The position numbers and the translations under genes were made by a program. The notes beneath the pieces are model-generated. The model saw only the letters and a list, made by a program, of their open reading frames with translations. It was not told the DNA's origin and did not search any database. From assembly GCF_031769215.1 (NCBI RefSeq), contig NW_026782259.1, positions 1-64,000 on the forward strand: a stretch of DNA of 64,000 nt, in the 5' to 3' direction. Shown here in pieces: positions 18,286-32,900 of the stretch. The stretch comes from Ylistrum balloti. Lineage: Eukaryota. Numbering within the stretch: position 1 is the first letter of the stretch; the number at the start of each line of letters is the position of its first letter.

Positions 18286-21200
18286 ATGGTGGTGAGATCA
18301 GCTACAATGGTATGGATAATATGTCAGATCCCTGGGCGTGTGTTCTTCTATATCAGGACTAGGCGACTAGTGCGATTCCTCTTTATGGTGTTTCTATTGG
18401 TTCTCTATTGTGAGTACTTTCATTATTTTGTTGTGTTGCTCATGTGTAAATGGCCAAAGTTACCGGAAAGTGAAGGTTTCCTTTATGGAAATGGTGATAT
18501 CAACAAGCCAGTCAAGGCTATGGTGATAGCAGACACTCATCTACTTGGAATCAAGAGAGGACACTGGTTTGATAAATTACGCAGGTAAGTTTATTAACTG
18601 TTAATCAGAATTTCTTTGTCAAAATGGCATTAGCTAACTTCAAACATCACACTCTGAGTTTATTAAAAACATGTTGATTAGACATAAGCTGTTGTGTGGC
18701 CTCATTATCTGTAGACACCAACATCATGTGACCAATCCTGTTGTGTGGCCTCATTATCTGTAGACACCAACATCATGTGATCTTACCTGTTGTGTGGCCC
18801 CATTATCTGTAGACACCAACATCATGTGATCTTACCTGTTGTGTGGGACCATTATCTGTAGACACCAACATCATGTGACCATACCTGTTGTGTGGCCTCA
18901 TTATCTGTAGACACCAATATCATGTGACCAATCCTGTTGTGTGGCCTCGTTATCTGTAGACACCAACATCATGTGACCAATCCTGTTGTGTGGCCTCTGT
19001 AGACACCAACATCATGTGACCAATCCTGTTGTGTGGCCTCATTATCTGTAGACACCAACATCATGTGACCAATCCTGTTGTGTGGCCTCGTTATCTGTAG
19101 ACACCAACATCATGTGACCAATCCTGTTGTGTGGCCTCGGTATCTGTAGACACCAACATCATGTGACCAATCCTGTTGTGTGGCCTCGTTATCTGTAGAC
19201 ACCAACATCATGTGACCAATCCTGTTGTGTGGCCTCATTATCTGTAGACACCAACATCATGTGACCAATCCTGTTGTGTGGCCTCGTTATCTGTAGACAT
19301 CAACATCATGTGACCAATCCTGTTTTGTGGCCTCGTTATCTGTAGACACCAACATCATGTGACCAATCCTGTTGTGTGGCCTCATCTGTAGACACCAACA
19401 TCATGTGACCAATCCTGTTGTGTGGCCTCGTTATCTGTAGACACCAACATCATGTGACCAATCCTGTTGTGTGGCCTCATTATCTGTAGACACCAACATC
19501 ATGTCACCTTACCTATTGTATGGTCTCATTTACTGTAGACCTAACCATTATATGGCTTTAACCTTAGTTGTTGTGTGGCCTCATTATCTGTAGATACCAT
19601 TGTCATATGACCTTACCTGTTGTGTGGCTCATTATCTGTAGACGCCATCGTTATATGACCTTAGCTCTTGTGTGAGTGCATCTTCTGTTGATACTAATAT
19701 CAATTTTTCAGATGAGTTCACTCGTTTTGACCAGTGCCAAGTGACTTTGTGTTGTATAGAAATAGTGAATAAATGTCTTTTTCAGAGAATGGCAGATGGA
19801 AAGATCCTTCCAGACAAGCATGTTGATACATAGTCCTGATGTGGTCTTCATTTTAGGTATTGTTTAGCTCTTACTTATGTCTGTTATTGTTTCATTTCAC
19901 ACTAGATAATCCATGCAATAAAGGCTTCCAAAGCACATTCTGTGGAAGTTCGTTTGTAATAGTTTCCTAACAAATTAAGAAATTTTCTTTATTTCCTACA
20001 ATATTGAAATTGAGGAGCGATCACCTATAGCTATACTTATGATAGTTCCTTTTTTCACCACCTATTAAACTCTTGGTGTTTTAATGTGTAAAAGTCTTGA
20101 GCACAAGTTTGAGTATAAACATACTTACATGTCTGCTGCTTGTCTATTTGTGGAGAGCATTGAATGTTTATCAGTCACCAACATGTCAACGATTTCCCCT
20201 TTTTATAAGCACAATTTGATAATGAGTTTGATTATAGTAGAAGAACTCAGTTCTAACAAAAGTTGTTATGGGTAAAACATATTTTATTCTCAAACAATTA
20301 ATATATTTTACAAATAGTCACTGATTATGTGGTGTTATTTTAAATCATTTAAATCAATTATTGAAATTATTTGATGTCAGAACTCTAATTTGCTTTGATA
20401 ATAACATTCTAAAACTCCAATATAACACAAGTCGGTCATTCAACAGGTGATCTACTAGATGAGGGCAAGTGGGCCACTGATGCAGAGTTCAAGAAGGATG
20501 TTGCCAGATTCAAAAGAATGTTTTCAACACCAAAAGATACAACTACAAGGGTACTTGTAGGTAACCATGACATTGGATTTCATTACATGTAAGTAAGTCA
20601 GTATAAGGACAGATACTGGTGGGTTTACTCTATAGATCTCTTCTCATGTTTTAGGAATTCTCATTCAGATCTAGGAAGCCATTGGATTTCCTGGAGTTCA
20701 TGAATTTGATTTGGGGAATTTTTAAGTTTATTATGTAGAAATCTCAATATTTGGCTAGAAATTTTACATGGATATAGGTAAATTATCTTGACACCATCTT
20801 AAAGAAATGTAAGGGTTGGTACCTTCAGTAATGAAATAATGTTTATTGTAAAAACTTGAGTGTTCTGTGATTGCCTGCAATCCAACAGAAAAATTGAAAG
20901 TAAACAAGAAATAATGACACTAGAGTACATGTGTGTAGTGGTTGCATTACACATAAATACACTCACAATTAAATTCAAAACTCATTTCAATTTAGGCAAA
21001 ATGTGTATCACAACTATCAAAAGTGAATATTTTGGTAGGCATGTCCCATATGGTAGTAATATTCAGTTGCCTCCCTTTATTAAAGATGTTTGACATGAGG
21101 GGAGACAACTTAAGTCTCTTGATAGAATTTGTCAACAATTTCAAAAGTCACAATGCCTCAAGTGAAACTAAAGTCCAGCACAGTGCATGTTTCGTCTTTA

Positions 21201-24200
21201 ACAAAAACTTAATAGTTCAAGGATACAACATTTTCCTTTGCAGAAATCACTGATTTTATCAATGTGAAATAATTCTTGTGTTGAAAATCACATTTTATTT
21301 CATGTTACATCCCCCATAACTGCAGATATTGCTTTAGATAACCACATGAGTTCCACTTGACTACAAATACGAATTCATTTGCTACTGCTGCCAAACATAT
21401 AATTTATAACAGTTTATTTTCTCCATTGATTCATAGGATGAATGAACATAAACACAGACGATTTGAGAAAGCATTCTCGTCACCTTCAGTCCAGCTGTTT
21501 GAGTTTCATGGAAACCTATTTGTGTTGATGAATAGCATGGCCATGGAAGGAGATGGTTGTAAGTTGTGTGCCCAGGCAGTCAACTCTCTTGAAGAAATCT
21601 CATGGCAGCTCAAGTGTGCAGAGGTAAATAATAATTACGATATATATAACCACTACCAAGTGGGTACAGCCGAATGATACCAAAATAGATAAATTATGAT
21701 AAGATTGCATTCATGAGACAGATGCCTAGCACAGCGTATGACGTATGGTAAAGTATTGTATAGGATGACAGAGAAATCATTAAGAATACGAGGATTTCCC
21801 TCCATCACTTATTCCAGTCACTGATTTCACCATTAAGTATAATCCCATTTCTTACTCATTATTAGATATCAGACTTCCACTTTTTCTTTCCTGCTGTGGT
21901 GAATTTCCTATGCACTATAGTTCACCACATACAATATTTATGTATCATTTGAGATTTCCTGCTGTAGAAATTACCTAGCAACAGCCTATCTTCCTGATGG
22001 TCTCACTTAATTTTTTTTATCATTTTGTTTTGGGTTTTTTTTCTAGATGGTCAAGCCTATGTTCTTTTCCTTGCAATCATAGGTACTCTTAATACTAAAT
22101 TTCAACAGGTAGATATATTGGTTTAATTCACTATATGTAGATACTGGCTATGTACTGCATTGATAGAAATTTGTTCCATCATAATACAATGTAAAATTCT
22201 TTCCTAGTGAAGGGGGTTTTATTGATTGCATGATAATATAACATTAATTTTCAATTCTTAAGAACAGCAATAATATGGGCTTGCTTATAGACAGACATGG
22301 ACCTATTGTCAGATAACTAAATACAATTGTTTTAATGATTATTCTCGACTCAGGGACAAACATCCAGTAAGAGTTCTCCACCTATATGTGATGCTATGGA
22401 AAAAATGACATACTCTCCTCCAATATTACTACAGGTAAGCCCCTACTGTTTATCAATTAATGCTGTTTATGCATTAAGAGTTATAGTTTTCATACTGAGT
22501 TAGGAATATTCAGCAAATCTGTGTACAAAGTAAGGAGAAATGTTTCTCTACTAGGATCACATTATGTTTTACCTCTTAACTTCAAAACAATTCTAAAGTA
22601 ACTCATCCTTAATTAAATGGTAATGGCTGATTATTTTAGTACTATAGCTGAGCTTTAATATTCTAAAGGAGGCAACTCCAGAGAAACAAATATCATACTG
22701 ATTATTTGAATACTGTAGATTCTGAGAGAGTCAGCTTTAAAGAAGCCATGGTTATACTAATTTCCTTCACAGCCTAGGACATACGTGTATGATAATAGAA
22801 AATCTCTGCTACAATAAGTAGTTTGTGCAAATATACATCTTTTAATTTTCAGCATTTTCCAATGTACCGGCCTTCAGATGCAAACTGTAGTTTACCAGAT
22901 TCGGCACCTCCTGATGAAAAAGACATTCCTTTTAAGGAGAAATGGGACTGCCTTTCAGAAGAGTCCAGCAGTCAGGTAAACGCCTAAAACATGATTATTG
23001 ATTAGAGGTACTTGCAGCTATTTATTTTGTGTGTTATTTAATAAACTAGTTATTTTATTTTATGGATGTCTTTAGCCACCATCATCAGATGGTGGGCTAT
23101 TAAAATCATCCAATGTCCTTGGTCCGTCTTCCATCCATCTGGATGGATCTTTCTCAAATTTCATATGTAGGTTCCCCTTGGTCCCTAGTTGTGCCCATTT
23201 GATTTTGGGACTGATAAGAAAAAACAAAAAGGCTTTCAGGTGACCTTTTTGGATTTGGCAGGTAAAGATATTTTTGCAAAGGAATGTTCAAATTTCTGAT
23301 CAATAAGAGCAAAAACGGAGAAGAGAAATGAAGGGAAAAGATTGAAATTTCAAAGAGCAATTAAAAATCAAACAATGGTGGGCACCAAGATCCCTCTGGG
23401 ATCTTTTGTTATATTGATGTAATTAATATATATAGATAAACCCCTTATTTCTAAAACATGATACATGTATATCGAAGAATATGACATTCCATTTGTCACA
23501 ATTTTTTTTCAATGATTTTGCTGAAAGCTCCCTTTAAATGCTTTTATACAATATAAAGAAAACAGTACAAAAGTATATTCTAGTGTTTGACCTGTTTTAT
23601 ACAGGTGTTTGAGTGGATCAAACCTCGCCTTGTCTTGAGTGCTCATACACACCATGGCTGTTTTCGTCTCCATAGCAACGGTGTTCCAGAATGGACAGTT
23701 GCCTCCTTAAGTTGGCGAAACAAAAACAACCCTACATTCCTACAGGTATGTTTCTATGTTACAGATTCCAATATTCATCATGCTTTCCCAATTCCAAAGG
23801 TTACATTATTTTTAGATAAAATGAAGTGATGAAATATTTTTAAATTATCATAGCTTTTGATAGTATGTTAAGCAATACAAAACCATTTTTTAACGACCAT
23901 AGCTGTTGAAAGTATATAAAGCTAGGATATAAAACTGAAAACATCAGTCAATAAGCATCAAAGGAAATTATCAAGATAATTCATGGCAGTGTGAAAATGT
24001 TTTATATAACTTGCAGCCCACAATCCTAAATTTACAAAATTAGTTCAAAACCTGAGTTTTAGAAAACAAAGATAAATATGAAGATTACAAGATGACAAGA
24101 TGGATATATAAAGATAAACAGCAATCTCAAAAATATACATTACCACACAAGGGGAGGTTACTCTCAGATTAAAATCTGTTTTTGTGATATATCTTTATGC

Positions 24201-24487
24201 AGGAGAATATGCACACACTATTAGAATATAAGAATAGAATGGGTTCTTTACTATACAGTATCTGTTACAGTGTCACCCTTTTAATTCTGTATTTTGTTTT
24301 GATTGTTTTATTGCAGGTGGTGCTGTCTCCAAATGACTTTGTTGTAAAGCAGTGTTACCTTCCAAAAGAAACAACTGTGATTACTATTTATATAACAGGT
24401 GCACTCATAGCTTTGCTGTGCTTGTTATTTCCTTACAAACCCAGTAATACAGTGACAGATACAGTATGGGTCAATAAATCACACTGA
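18286..24487 (+). CDS. MPPE1: Metallophosphoesterase 1 (PGAP5, GPI-remodelling), 404 aa
   Basis: Exons 18286-18584, 19786-19856, 20447-20588, 21437-21623, 22354-22434, 22853-22975, 23605-23745, 24317-24487 sum to 1215 nt. Motifs ADTHLLG, GDLLDEG, GNHDIGF, LLQHFP, LSAHTH and SWRN, plus N- and C-terminal TM segments. Start Met is the first in-frame ATG and is not proven. Confidence 0.94.
18689..19670. repeat. 49-bp minisatellite x~20 in an MPPE1 intron
   Basis: Unit ctgttgtgtggcctcattatctgtagacaccaacatcatgtgaccaatc, decaying after ~19500. Confidence 0.97.
23072..23408 (+). mobile_element. Short non-autonomous HINE/Pearl-like (Helentron-type) element
   Basis: 5' end has gccaccatc..gatggtgggc inverted repeat and a degenerate (GTCC)n tract. 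3' end has ATGGTGGGC (complement of the 5' motif), then hairpin GATCCC-TCT-GGGATC and a T-run. Family assignment is from structure only. Confidence 0.6.
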
Positions 24488-24589
24488 CCAAGAACTCATC
24501 ATGCTGACCACGGATTGATTCAATGTGTTTTTGTCGCCAATATAGTCTCGAGGAATACATTCCTTCATATTCTTCATAACAAATGCACT

Positions 24590-24890
24590 GGCAAATATTC
24601 AATGGTCTGTAAAGAAGTGAATTGCGGAGAATTCAAAATTCACCAACCCATCTTTTTATCACACTGCCCAATACAGGATGATCAGTAAAGGTGTGAATTG
24701 TGGAGAATTCAAAATTCACCAATCCATCTTTTTATCACACTGCCCAATACAAGATGATCGGTAAAGGTGTGAATTGTGGAGAATTCAAAATTCACCAATC
24801 CATCTTTTTATCACACTGCCCAATACAGGATGATCAGTAAAGGTGTGAATTTTGGAGAATTCAAAATTCACCAATCCATCTTTTCATCAC
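24590..24890. repeat. 76-bp tandem repeat x~4 just downstream of the MPPE1 stop
   Basis: gtgaatt recurs at 24617, 24693, 24769 and 24845. Confidence 0.93.
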
Positions 24891-25199
24891 CAATGATTGG
24901 AACCAAATATTCATGTGCCATTACCCTGTTTGAAAGTTACAGTTACCATAACTGGCAGATACAGACAGGCATATATAGTGAGTAACAGGTGTGTAGGTGT
25001 ATATACATGAAGACTGTATCATCAAACTAACTGTGTAATCTACTACTTAATCTGGACTGTCAAAGCAGCCATTAGACTAGTCATCAGTGAAAGTAAATGT
25101 AATTGTGTATACAATGATATTTTTAACTAGAATCAAGAACATAATATTCAGCAAATATTCATGAACATCATTATTTTGACTTCCATATACAATGTGTTT

Positions 25200-25505
25200 G
25201 ATATCTATAATGTTCTTGGAACATCAATTATTACACAGGTGTTGTTCTCTAACATGTTCTTGGAACATGGATCAGTACATATGTGTTCATCTCTGATTTT
25301 GCCTTGGTATTTTCATCAATACACATGTGGTTAACCCCTGACCTGATCATGGGACGTAGAGTGTTGGACGTCTGACATGTGTTTGGGACATGGATCAGTA
25401 CACTTTGGTGTCATCGACATTTGACATGTTCTTGAGAGATGGAGGAGTATTAATGTGTTTGACCTCTGACATATTGTTCTTGGGACATGAAGTAGTACAT
25501 GTGTG
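25200..25505. repeat. Decayed ~40-45-bp minisatellite
   Basis: Recurring (c)tgacatgttcttgg(g/a)acatggatcagtac motif. Confidence 0.6.
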
Positions 25506-25739
25506 TGTGTGCATGACCCACTCGCTAGTCAAATCTGGATAGGTAGGAATTTTTATTTGAATATTTGTGTAATATGAAACTGGTGAGATCCATTTCAATA
25601 TTGCAAAAATGATATAAGAGTTTCTTTATGTCCACAAAAATGTTCACAGTATTTATTACAGTATGGCATTGTCTGTTGGTTCGACAGTTGTAAATTCTAT
25701 TTTTTCCACAGATCTTCTCCAAGAGTTTTCAACTGGTCT

Positions 25740-26140
25740 TTTTTCAAACCTGGTAGGCTTAACCACTATGACATGAAATTGTGCTTTCCTTAATTACAAG
25801 CTGATTAGGCTGTATTTGGAAGAGTTAATGCCCCTTTTTGTCTTCAAAATGTAAATCTTGTCCAGAGATCATCTTTCTCAGTTTTCATCCAATTTCTTGG
25901 TAGGCTTAATCACCATGATATAAAGGTGTGTTCCTGAAAGGTAGTTAACTTCACTTTATTTGGAAGAGTTACTGCCCTTTGTTATTTTCATTGTTAATCT
26001 TGTTTTGAGATCTCAATTTTAACCAGTTTTTTTCAAAATTTAATCACCTTGCTTTTCTTAATTGCATTTTGATTTGACTTTATTTGGAAGAGTTATTGTT
26101 CTTTTTTGTTTTCATTACGTTAATTTTGTCAGAGATCATC
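25740..26140. repeat. Degenerate interspersed-repeat core, ~130-140-bp period
   Basis: tatttggaagagtta occurs three times in this span. Confidence 0.5.
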
Positions 26141-26999
26141 TCTCTGTTTTCAATCCATTTCGCACCGTAGTTTGATTCAATGTCTATATATAGAAATTGC
26201 TTATGTCGGAAAATAACTTCATACTACATATATCAAAGGTATAAGGATAGGAATGGGTTGAAGACTCATTCTAAAGTGTGACTTATGAAATTTTGGCTGC
26301 ATTGCAGTATATATGCTACTTGATTAGAAAATTAATATCATACTAAAACCATCAATTTTATGTCTTATATTCAATAAACTTTTATTATGCTTCATTGGTG
26401 ATATTGTGCTAATTGTGCATATTATGCCACAAGTAAGGCACCTGTTATATATTAATCTTGATTTCTCTCAGATTTTAGTTTATTCATGTCTATAGCCCTC
26501 AGGGATACCCGTTACATGCTTTTCACATAGCAGTGAAGCCATGGTACGAAAGTATACAGTAGAATCAAGAGAGTGATTTCGTAATACTGTAATCAATTTA
26601 TTATGCTAGAAGTATCATCAAGTACTGTTTGAAATTCTATAATATTTATTTTTATGATGTTTAATATGTTTTTAATTGTGTGATTTGCCATACTTGTTAC
26701 ATTGTTTGTTTTGTATGTATGTACATGAGAAAATTAACATAGATTATGTTTGGGATTTGGAACAATGTATGGTTATAATATCATGTGTGCAATAGTGTTG
26801 GGTCACTCGCAATAAAGACGCATTAACAAATGTAGAAGTGTTCCATTGATTTACTTGGCAGGTGATGCGTGTCCAAATGTGATTTGTTTGGAGACTCCTG
26901 CTTGAACATGCAGAGGGATTGTATATACTCCATGCATTTTGCACAATTATATTGGATTTGATATAAAGATGTTCTGTTTGTACCTTCTTACATAACACT

Positions 27000-27580
27000 T
27001 ATTCTCATCAGCATTCTTGTGTCTTCATTCCTTTATGGATTTTAATCAAATTTTACCCTTTTGAGAAGGATTATTATATCTCTGACAAATTTGAATTTCT
27101 GGATCATGAGATCAAGGTCATTGTTACTATTTTTAGAAAATCCTTACTAGCTTCACTTTTGATGGAATTTTAATCAAACGTATACAGTTATATAGGAAAA
27201 TAAAATTTCTGACAACTTCAAGTGTTAGAGTTTTAAGGTCAAGGTCACTTACTTTTCTTTCTTTAATCCTTCCCAGTGCTCTAATGACTTTTTGATCCCA
27301 GCTCATGTTTCATTGATGTAGGGTTAGACACTTCTCAGTTTTTTTTTTTGTGGGATTTTGATCAAGAAACAAGGTTGTAAGGTCAAGGACAAGGCCACTG
27401 TCACTAATTTTAGAAATTTATCTATTTTAGTGGCTTTATACCTGGAGGGATTTCACAAACTTCAAATCCATGTAAAGGGCTACAATATCATAGACAAGTT
27501 TGAGTTACGAGGTTTGAACTATGGCACCATTACTATCCTAATATTACCCTTTTCAGCGTCCTAGTGGCATCATTCCTAGA
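27000..27580. mobile_element. Degenerate non-autonomous repeat remnant with internal tandem units
   Basis: Recurring (a)ggtcaaggtca..tactatttttagaaa and ttttaatcaaa motifs at ~130-140-bp spacing. Confidence 0.4.
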
Positions 27581-28285
27581 GGGTCTTTATACAAACTCCA
27601 GACAATAGGCAGTGCTGTTATAGAGAATTTATTTTACCACAATAGGATAAACACTTATGCTGAGAAATTGTAAAAATATCTTCAATTTTTAATGACAGCT
27701 ATGCTAAATACTGAGAAATAATGCCATTTATTAGCCAAGCATCATCAGATGGTGATCGATCATTCGTCCTGATTTATCTACAATCCTTAGCGTCATTGAC
27801 CATAAAGAGTTCTAGAAGTTTAATTCATTATTTCTGTATCTCATTGTTAATTTATACTGGAATACACTTGTGTGCCTTTTTTACAAATATCTTTTGGAAT
27901 GTGTAACTTTCGACATGGATAAGGTGTATTTATCTACAGTTCTGGAGGACTCATAGCATGTTCCATATGGTCTATAAAACTATTGAAAGCATCCAAGCTG
28001 ATGTTGACATATATTTTAGGAACATAATATTCATATTTTTGTTGGTGTCTTTTATGGGAGGTGCAGGGGTGATGGGACAACAGGCCACCAGAACTCATCC
28101 CAACACTCTGGGTTCTCATTATCTGTTGCAAGGAAGACTGGAAGAGTTCTCAATTTGATCGTGGTATGAAAATATTCACATTTAAAAGGAATGAGCACAA
28201 GGTCTTCAAACTTGTCAGCATATTTAGTACGAAAGACACAAGTAAATAGCATTTATCTCTACAAAATAGAATTAGATATAGTGGT

Positions 28286-29194
28286 AAATAATGAATAGAA
28301 TTGCATCATACGCTGTTCCCTGTAGGACACTTCAATGATGTTAGGACAAGATAGAATCAAATAATGAATAGAATTGCATCATACGCTGTTCCCTGTAGGA
28401 CACTTCAATTCAAATAATGAATAGAATTGATGTTCCCTGTAGGACACTTCAGTGATGTTAGGAAGATAGAATCAAATAATGAATAGAATTGCATCATACG
28501 CTGTTCCCTGTAGGACACTTCAGTGATGTTAGGACTAGATAGAATCAAATAATGAATAGAATTGCATCATACGCTGTTCCCTGTAGGACACTTCAGTGAT
28601 GTTAGGACTAGATAGAATCAAATAATGAATAGAATTGCATCATACGCTGTTCCCTGTAGGACACCTCAGTGATGTTAGGACTAGATAGAGTCAAATAATG
28701 AATAGAATTGCATCATACGCTGTTCCCTGTAGGACACTTCAGTGATGTTAGGACAAGATAGAATCAAATAATGAATAGAATTGCATCATACGCTGTTCCC
28801 TGTAGGACACCTCAGTGATGTTAGGACTAGATAGAATCAAATAATGAATAGAATTGCATCATACGCTGTTCCCTGTAGGACACTTCAGTGATGTTAGGAC
28901 AAGATAGAATCAAATAATGAATAGAATTGCATCATACGCTGTTCCCAGTAGGACACTTCAGTGATGTTAGGACAAGATAGAATCAAATAAAGAATAGAAT
29001 TGCATCATACGCTGTTCCCTGTAGGACACTTCAGTGATGTTAGGACTAGATAGAATCAAATAATGAATAGAATTGCATCATACGCTGTTCCCTGTAGGAC
29101 ACTTCAGTGATGTTAGGACAAGATAGAGTCAAATAATGAAATAAACTGCATCATACAGCTGTTTCCTTGTACGACACGTCAGTGATGTTAGGAC
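28286..29194. repeat. 73-bp minisatellite x~12
   Basis: Unit aaataatgaatagaattgcatcatacgctgttccctgtaggacacttcagtgatgttaggactagatagaatc; period measured 28620->28693. Confidence 0.97.
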
Positions 29195-29917
29195 CAAAGG
29201 TGTTGAAATCTAGGAAGCTTTATGCCTACTGTTATGACTGATGAAGGTGATGAAGGTTTAGATATAGACAGAGAGGTTTATAACCATTTCATACATCAAA
29301 GTATAAAACTGACAGTGTATAAAGTTTAACTAGATCGAGAGGTTCACTAACCCTTTGATGTCAAGTTTAATGACAAAAGTCACAACTCCATAGATTCCAA
29401 GTATTTTTTTTATTAAAATTGAAATATTCTTCATTGCTATCAGGATGTGTCATTTCTTTAGATAACAGCAATCAGATACTTAGATAACCTGTTATTCTGG
29501 TATCTTGTGCAATACACTGTTTTCACATCACTAATAATATCTTTATATAAAATTATCAGAGGAAGAAATATCTATCATAGCTTTAAAAGCTTGTCATAAT
29601 ACAGACATTCTTCTGAAATATTGATCTATACGTTTAAAAAAATAAACTTCAGACTACTAAGTATCATAAAAATGTTTTTAGATATCCTTTGTATCACAGA
29701 ATTTACCATATTTGTAACTGATTAACTACCACATAGTTCATCTGGTGGTCAGACCAATCAATAGAGGCATGTAATGATAATTTTGAAAATCAGTTTTGAT
29801 TTATAATAATACATGTTATCTTGTAGAGATCTATGACAACTGTTACCTGTCCCATTAGTGTTTACATTAGAGATGTTACCTCTATCAAAGATTATCTAGA
29901 TAGGACAAGTGACAATT

Positions 29918-32900
29918 CTAGAGGATGATACATCGAGAGATGGGAAGATCATGGTCGTTTGTGACCGTAGTCTGGTGTGATGTCCTTTTGAACGTGAAGG
30001 TTTCGGTTCGAATCCTGTGTGGTAGATCATCAGTGGAAAGATACAGGAAAGGCACTGTTCTGATCAAAGTAACATCCTCATCTTTATCTATCAGTTTACT
30101 TTCTTTATCCTCATAAGTTAGCTGGTTGTCTCTTTGCTGTGTATCTCCGTTAGTTACCATCGACTCATTCTGTCCACTCCACAATGTAATTGCCTCGTCT
30201 TCGTCATACCCCCAGCTCTGATTGTGACCAAACCATAATGTCATACGGGACTGTGGCAGACTTTCTTTTCCTGATTTCTCGTCCTCGCATTCATTTTCTT
30301 TAAATCCATAATCCGGGCCGCCATTTTCACCATTTGAGCTGCTGCTACTAACTTTGTTATCGTTATTGTTATGTTGTACAAGATTTCTGGGATTCTCGTG
30401 TCCACCCCATAACATACTACACTGGCCCTGGCCGTTTGCGACTGTACAAGGTTGTTTAACATCTGTTCTCTCTCCGATTCGTACAAATCCATGTTTGCTG
30501 TAGCAGTTGTCAGGTTTAACGTTTGCTCTTTCTTTCTTGTGAGTTTTATATGCATAGCTGACGCCATTACTGGGTCCAGGCTCGGGTTCGTGCACTTGAA
30601 CACCCCAATTCCTTTCCAAATCAGATTCACCATTCTGGAAAATTGCATTGAATATTCTTCTGGACTCGTCTGTAATTGTATCCTGGCTTGGGATCGTGCA
30701 ATAAGTAACCGTATGTCCATGATCTTGTTTGATTTTCTTGGTGTTGGTATATTCGGGGAAGGATTCCTTCATGGATTTAAGGAAAACCTTGTGTTTGAGG
30801 TCAATTGCCATTTCTACTATGTTGTTAGTATCCGGAGGTTCGCCTACATCCCTTTCTCTGTATACTCTTCTCATTATCTGGAATGACATATGAAGTAATT
30901 GTATTAAACACATGACAATTGTAATAGGGTCGGTTTTTAGATAATTTTGGCCGCCGTTGTTTAGCGTCGCGTCGTTTGAATTTTCGCGTCGTCTGTTATC
31001 GTTAAGATGTATGTATATATGTTGCGTCTATATGTCCAGTTTACCTATGTGACTTAGTGTGTCTACGTATGTCCAGTTATTGTCTCGTTTTCGTTCTTTG
31101 GTCTTTGTCTGTATTTGGCGGGTTTTTTAGTGGACAAAGGGGACGTTGACCAGTACGGACGTTTCAAACCTCCGTTCGACATTTGTCCCGTAAATTTTGA
31201 TCGTCTACGATCCTGATGATATTCAGGTGATTAATGAGCCCTGTGTTACTTTAGGACCCTTGACCCATTGTTGGAGGTCTTTATAATTAGAAAAACAGAA
31301 TAAACAACTGGAAACGGAACTGGTGTTCGCCCTCGTTAATCAACACCTATCAAATTTTCACAATGATAACATAGAACAACTTTTCCACGCTTAATTTACT
31401 TTCCTATTTTTGATATCGTGTACCAAATACGGAAGCGATTTTCGTGATGTGTCCTTAGAAATTAGAGCGTGAATTTATTTCTTCTGTTCATTTACAACAA
31501 ACAATTGTCCAAAACAAACAAAAGCGTTTTCTTATTTTGTTAAAGCTCACAACTCAATATCGAGGTATTACAAGACAACAATTTTCCTCCTTACTTCCAT
31601 GTCTTTTTTCTTTCTTTCGTTGTATTTCGCGGTCTTTTCCCAGAATTCCTCAATATCGACAATTTTCTCGGCCTCGGTTTTGATATTCAGCCTCTCTGTG
31701 TGTGTTTTACGATGTCCGGTTATATTATCTAGTAGCTGTTTCTCGGTTTTCTTGATCTTCTTCAAGCTGTTAAGTACAAACAAGTGCCCGCGTAAGGTGA
31801 AATACCATTCCCACGTGGGTTTCGGGAGGCTAATTAGCATGTTTTGTTTTATATTTTCCAAGACAGTAAATTGGGATCACCTGTTGAATTATTGACATCC
31901 AAATTTTGTTCATCTTTGGTATAAACTGAAGTATATTAACTATCATTGACCGAACCGGTATCGCCTGTGAACTGTATCCACACCGATATACTGTTCATGT
32001 TGACAGGACGTAAAACACGGACATTCCTGACCTGTCCAAGAATACTAGGAATATAAAGACGAATAAAGAATAACTAAAACCATGGTAACTTGAATTGTCT
32101 TTTTCTTACCGGTCCATTTCAACATCTGGATTGTAATCAAAATCTAATTTCCAAGGCTCCAACTCGGATCTCAGTTTTGGTGGAGACTGCAGGTAGAAAG
32201 TGTTCTCAAAGACGTGGCAAGGGGGTTTGGGCTTCGGAGTATCAATCTTATTGATGTAAGGTATCGGAGGTGAATAGAAGAAGACGTGAAGGAAAAGACA
32301 AAGAAAAGTGTAGATAAGAAACAAAGAACATGGTAGGAAAGAGATAATTATTATTGTGAATGCAAACTTGGGGAAACGATCAAAGTACCAAACAAAGTCA
32401 CAGAACTATTGATTAAGTTAAGTTTATTTCCGGTTCAGGACTAAGACAAGTCCTCTACACCAGACTCATATATGTAAATACATAATATACAGGTATAGAA
32501 AATACACATGTACATAAATATAGCTATTGATGTTCAAGACACTACTGGTTTAATAGTGTATTTTGTTTGTCCATACACAAACTAGCAATGAAATTAAGAA
32601 ATTAAAATAAGGTACATGGAAAAGGATAAATGGGTGCTTTTAGAGAAAGCATCCATTCGAAAAGATGGAAAACTGAAAAAACACATCCGATAATTGTAAA
32701 AAGAGATGGTATTGCCAGGATAGCTCAGTCATAAAGGAATAACCGTCTGTTGAAGATAGTGTGTAGATGTTGTCATAACTTCATTACTGAGTTTGATCAA
32801 ATCTTACCCTCAGTGCTGACATATTTGCCGGTACTAAAGGTGTACCGCGTTTAGGGAACCATTCTTTTGGCCAATTGTACACATCAGGGTCGGGTTTGGG

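Noticed and set aside
18689-19670. CRISPR-like appearance of this and the 28.3-kb array
   Set aside because: Units are contiguous with no unique spacers, there are no cas genes, and the context is eukaryotic intron or intergenic DNA.
30241-30886. Overlapping ORFs 30241-30720 (-) and 30452-30886 (+)
   Set aside because: Shadow frames of the large CaaX-gene exon.
32187-32324. Hydrophobic signal-peptide-like MFLIYTFLCLFLHVFF at the start of ORF 32106-32324
   Set aside because: TTG start inside the polypyrimidine-rich intron end; the acceptor at 32187-32188 explains the real exon.
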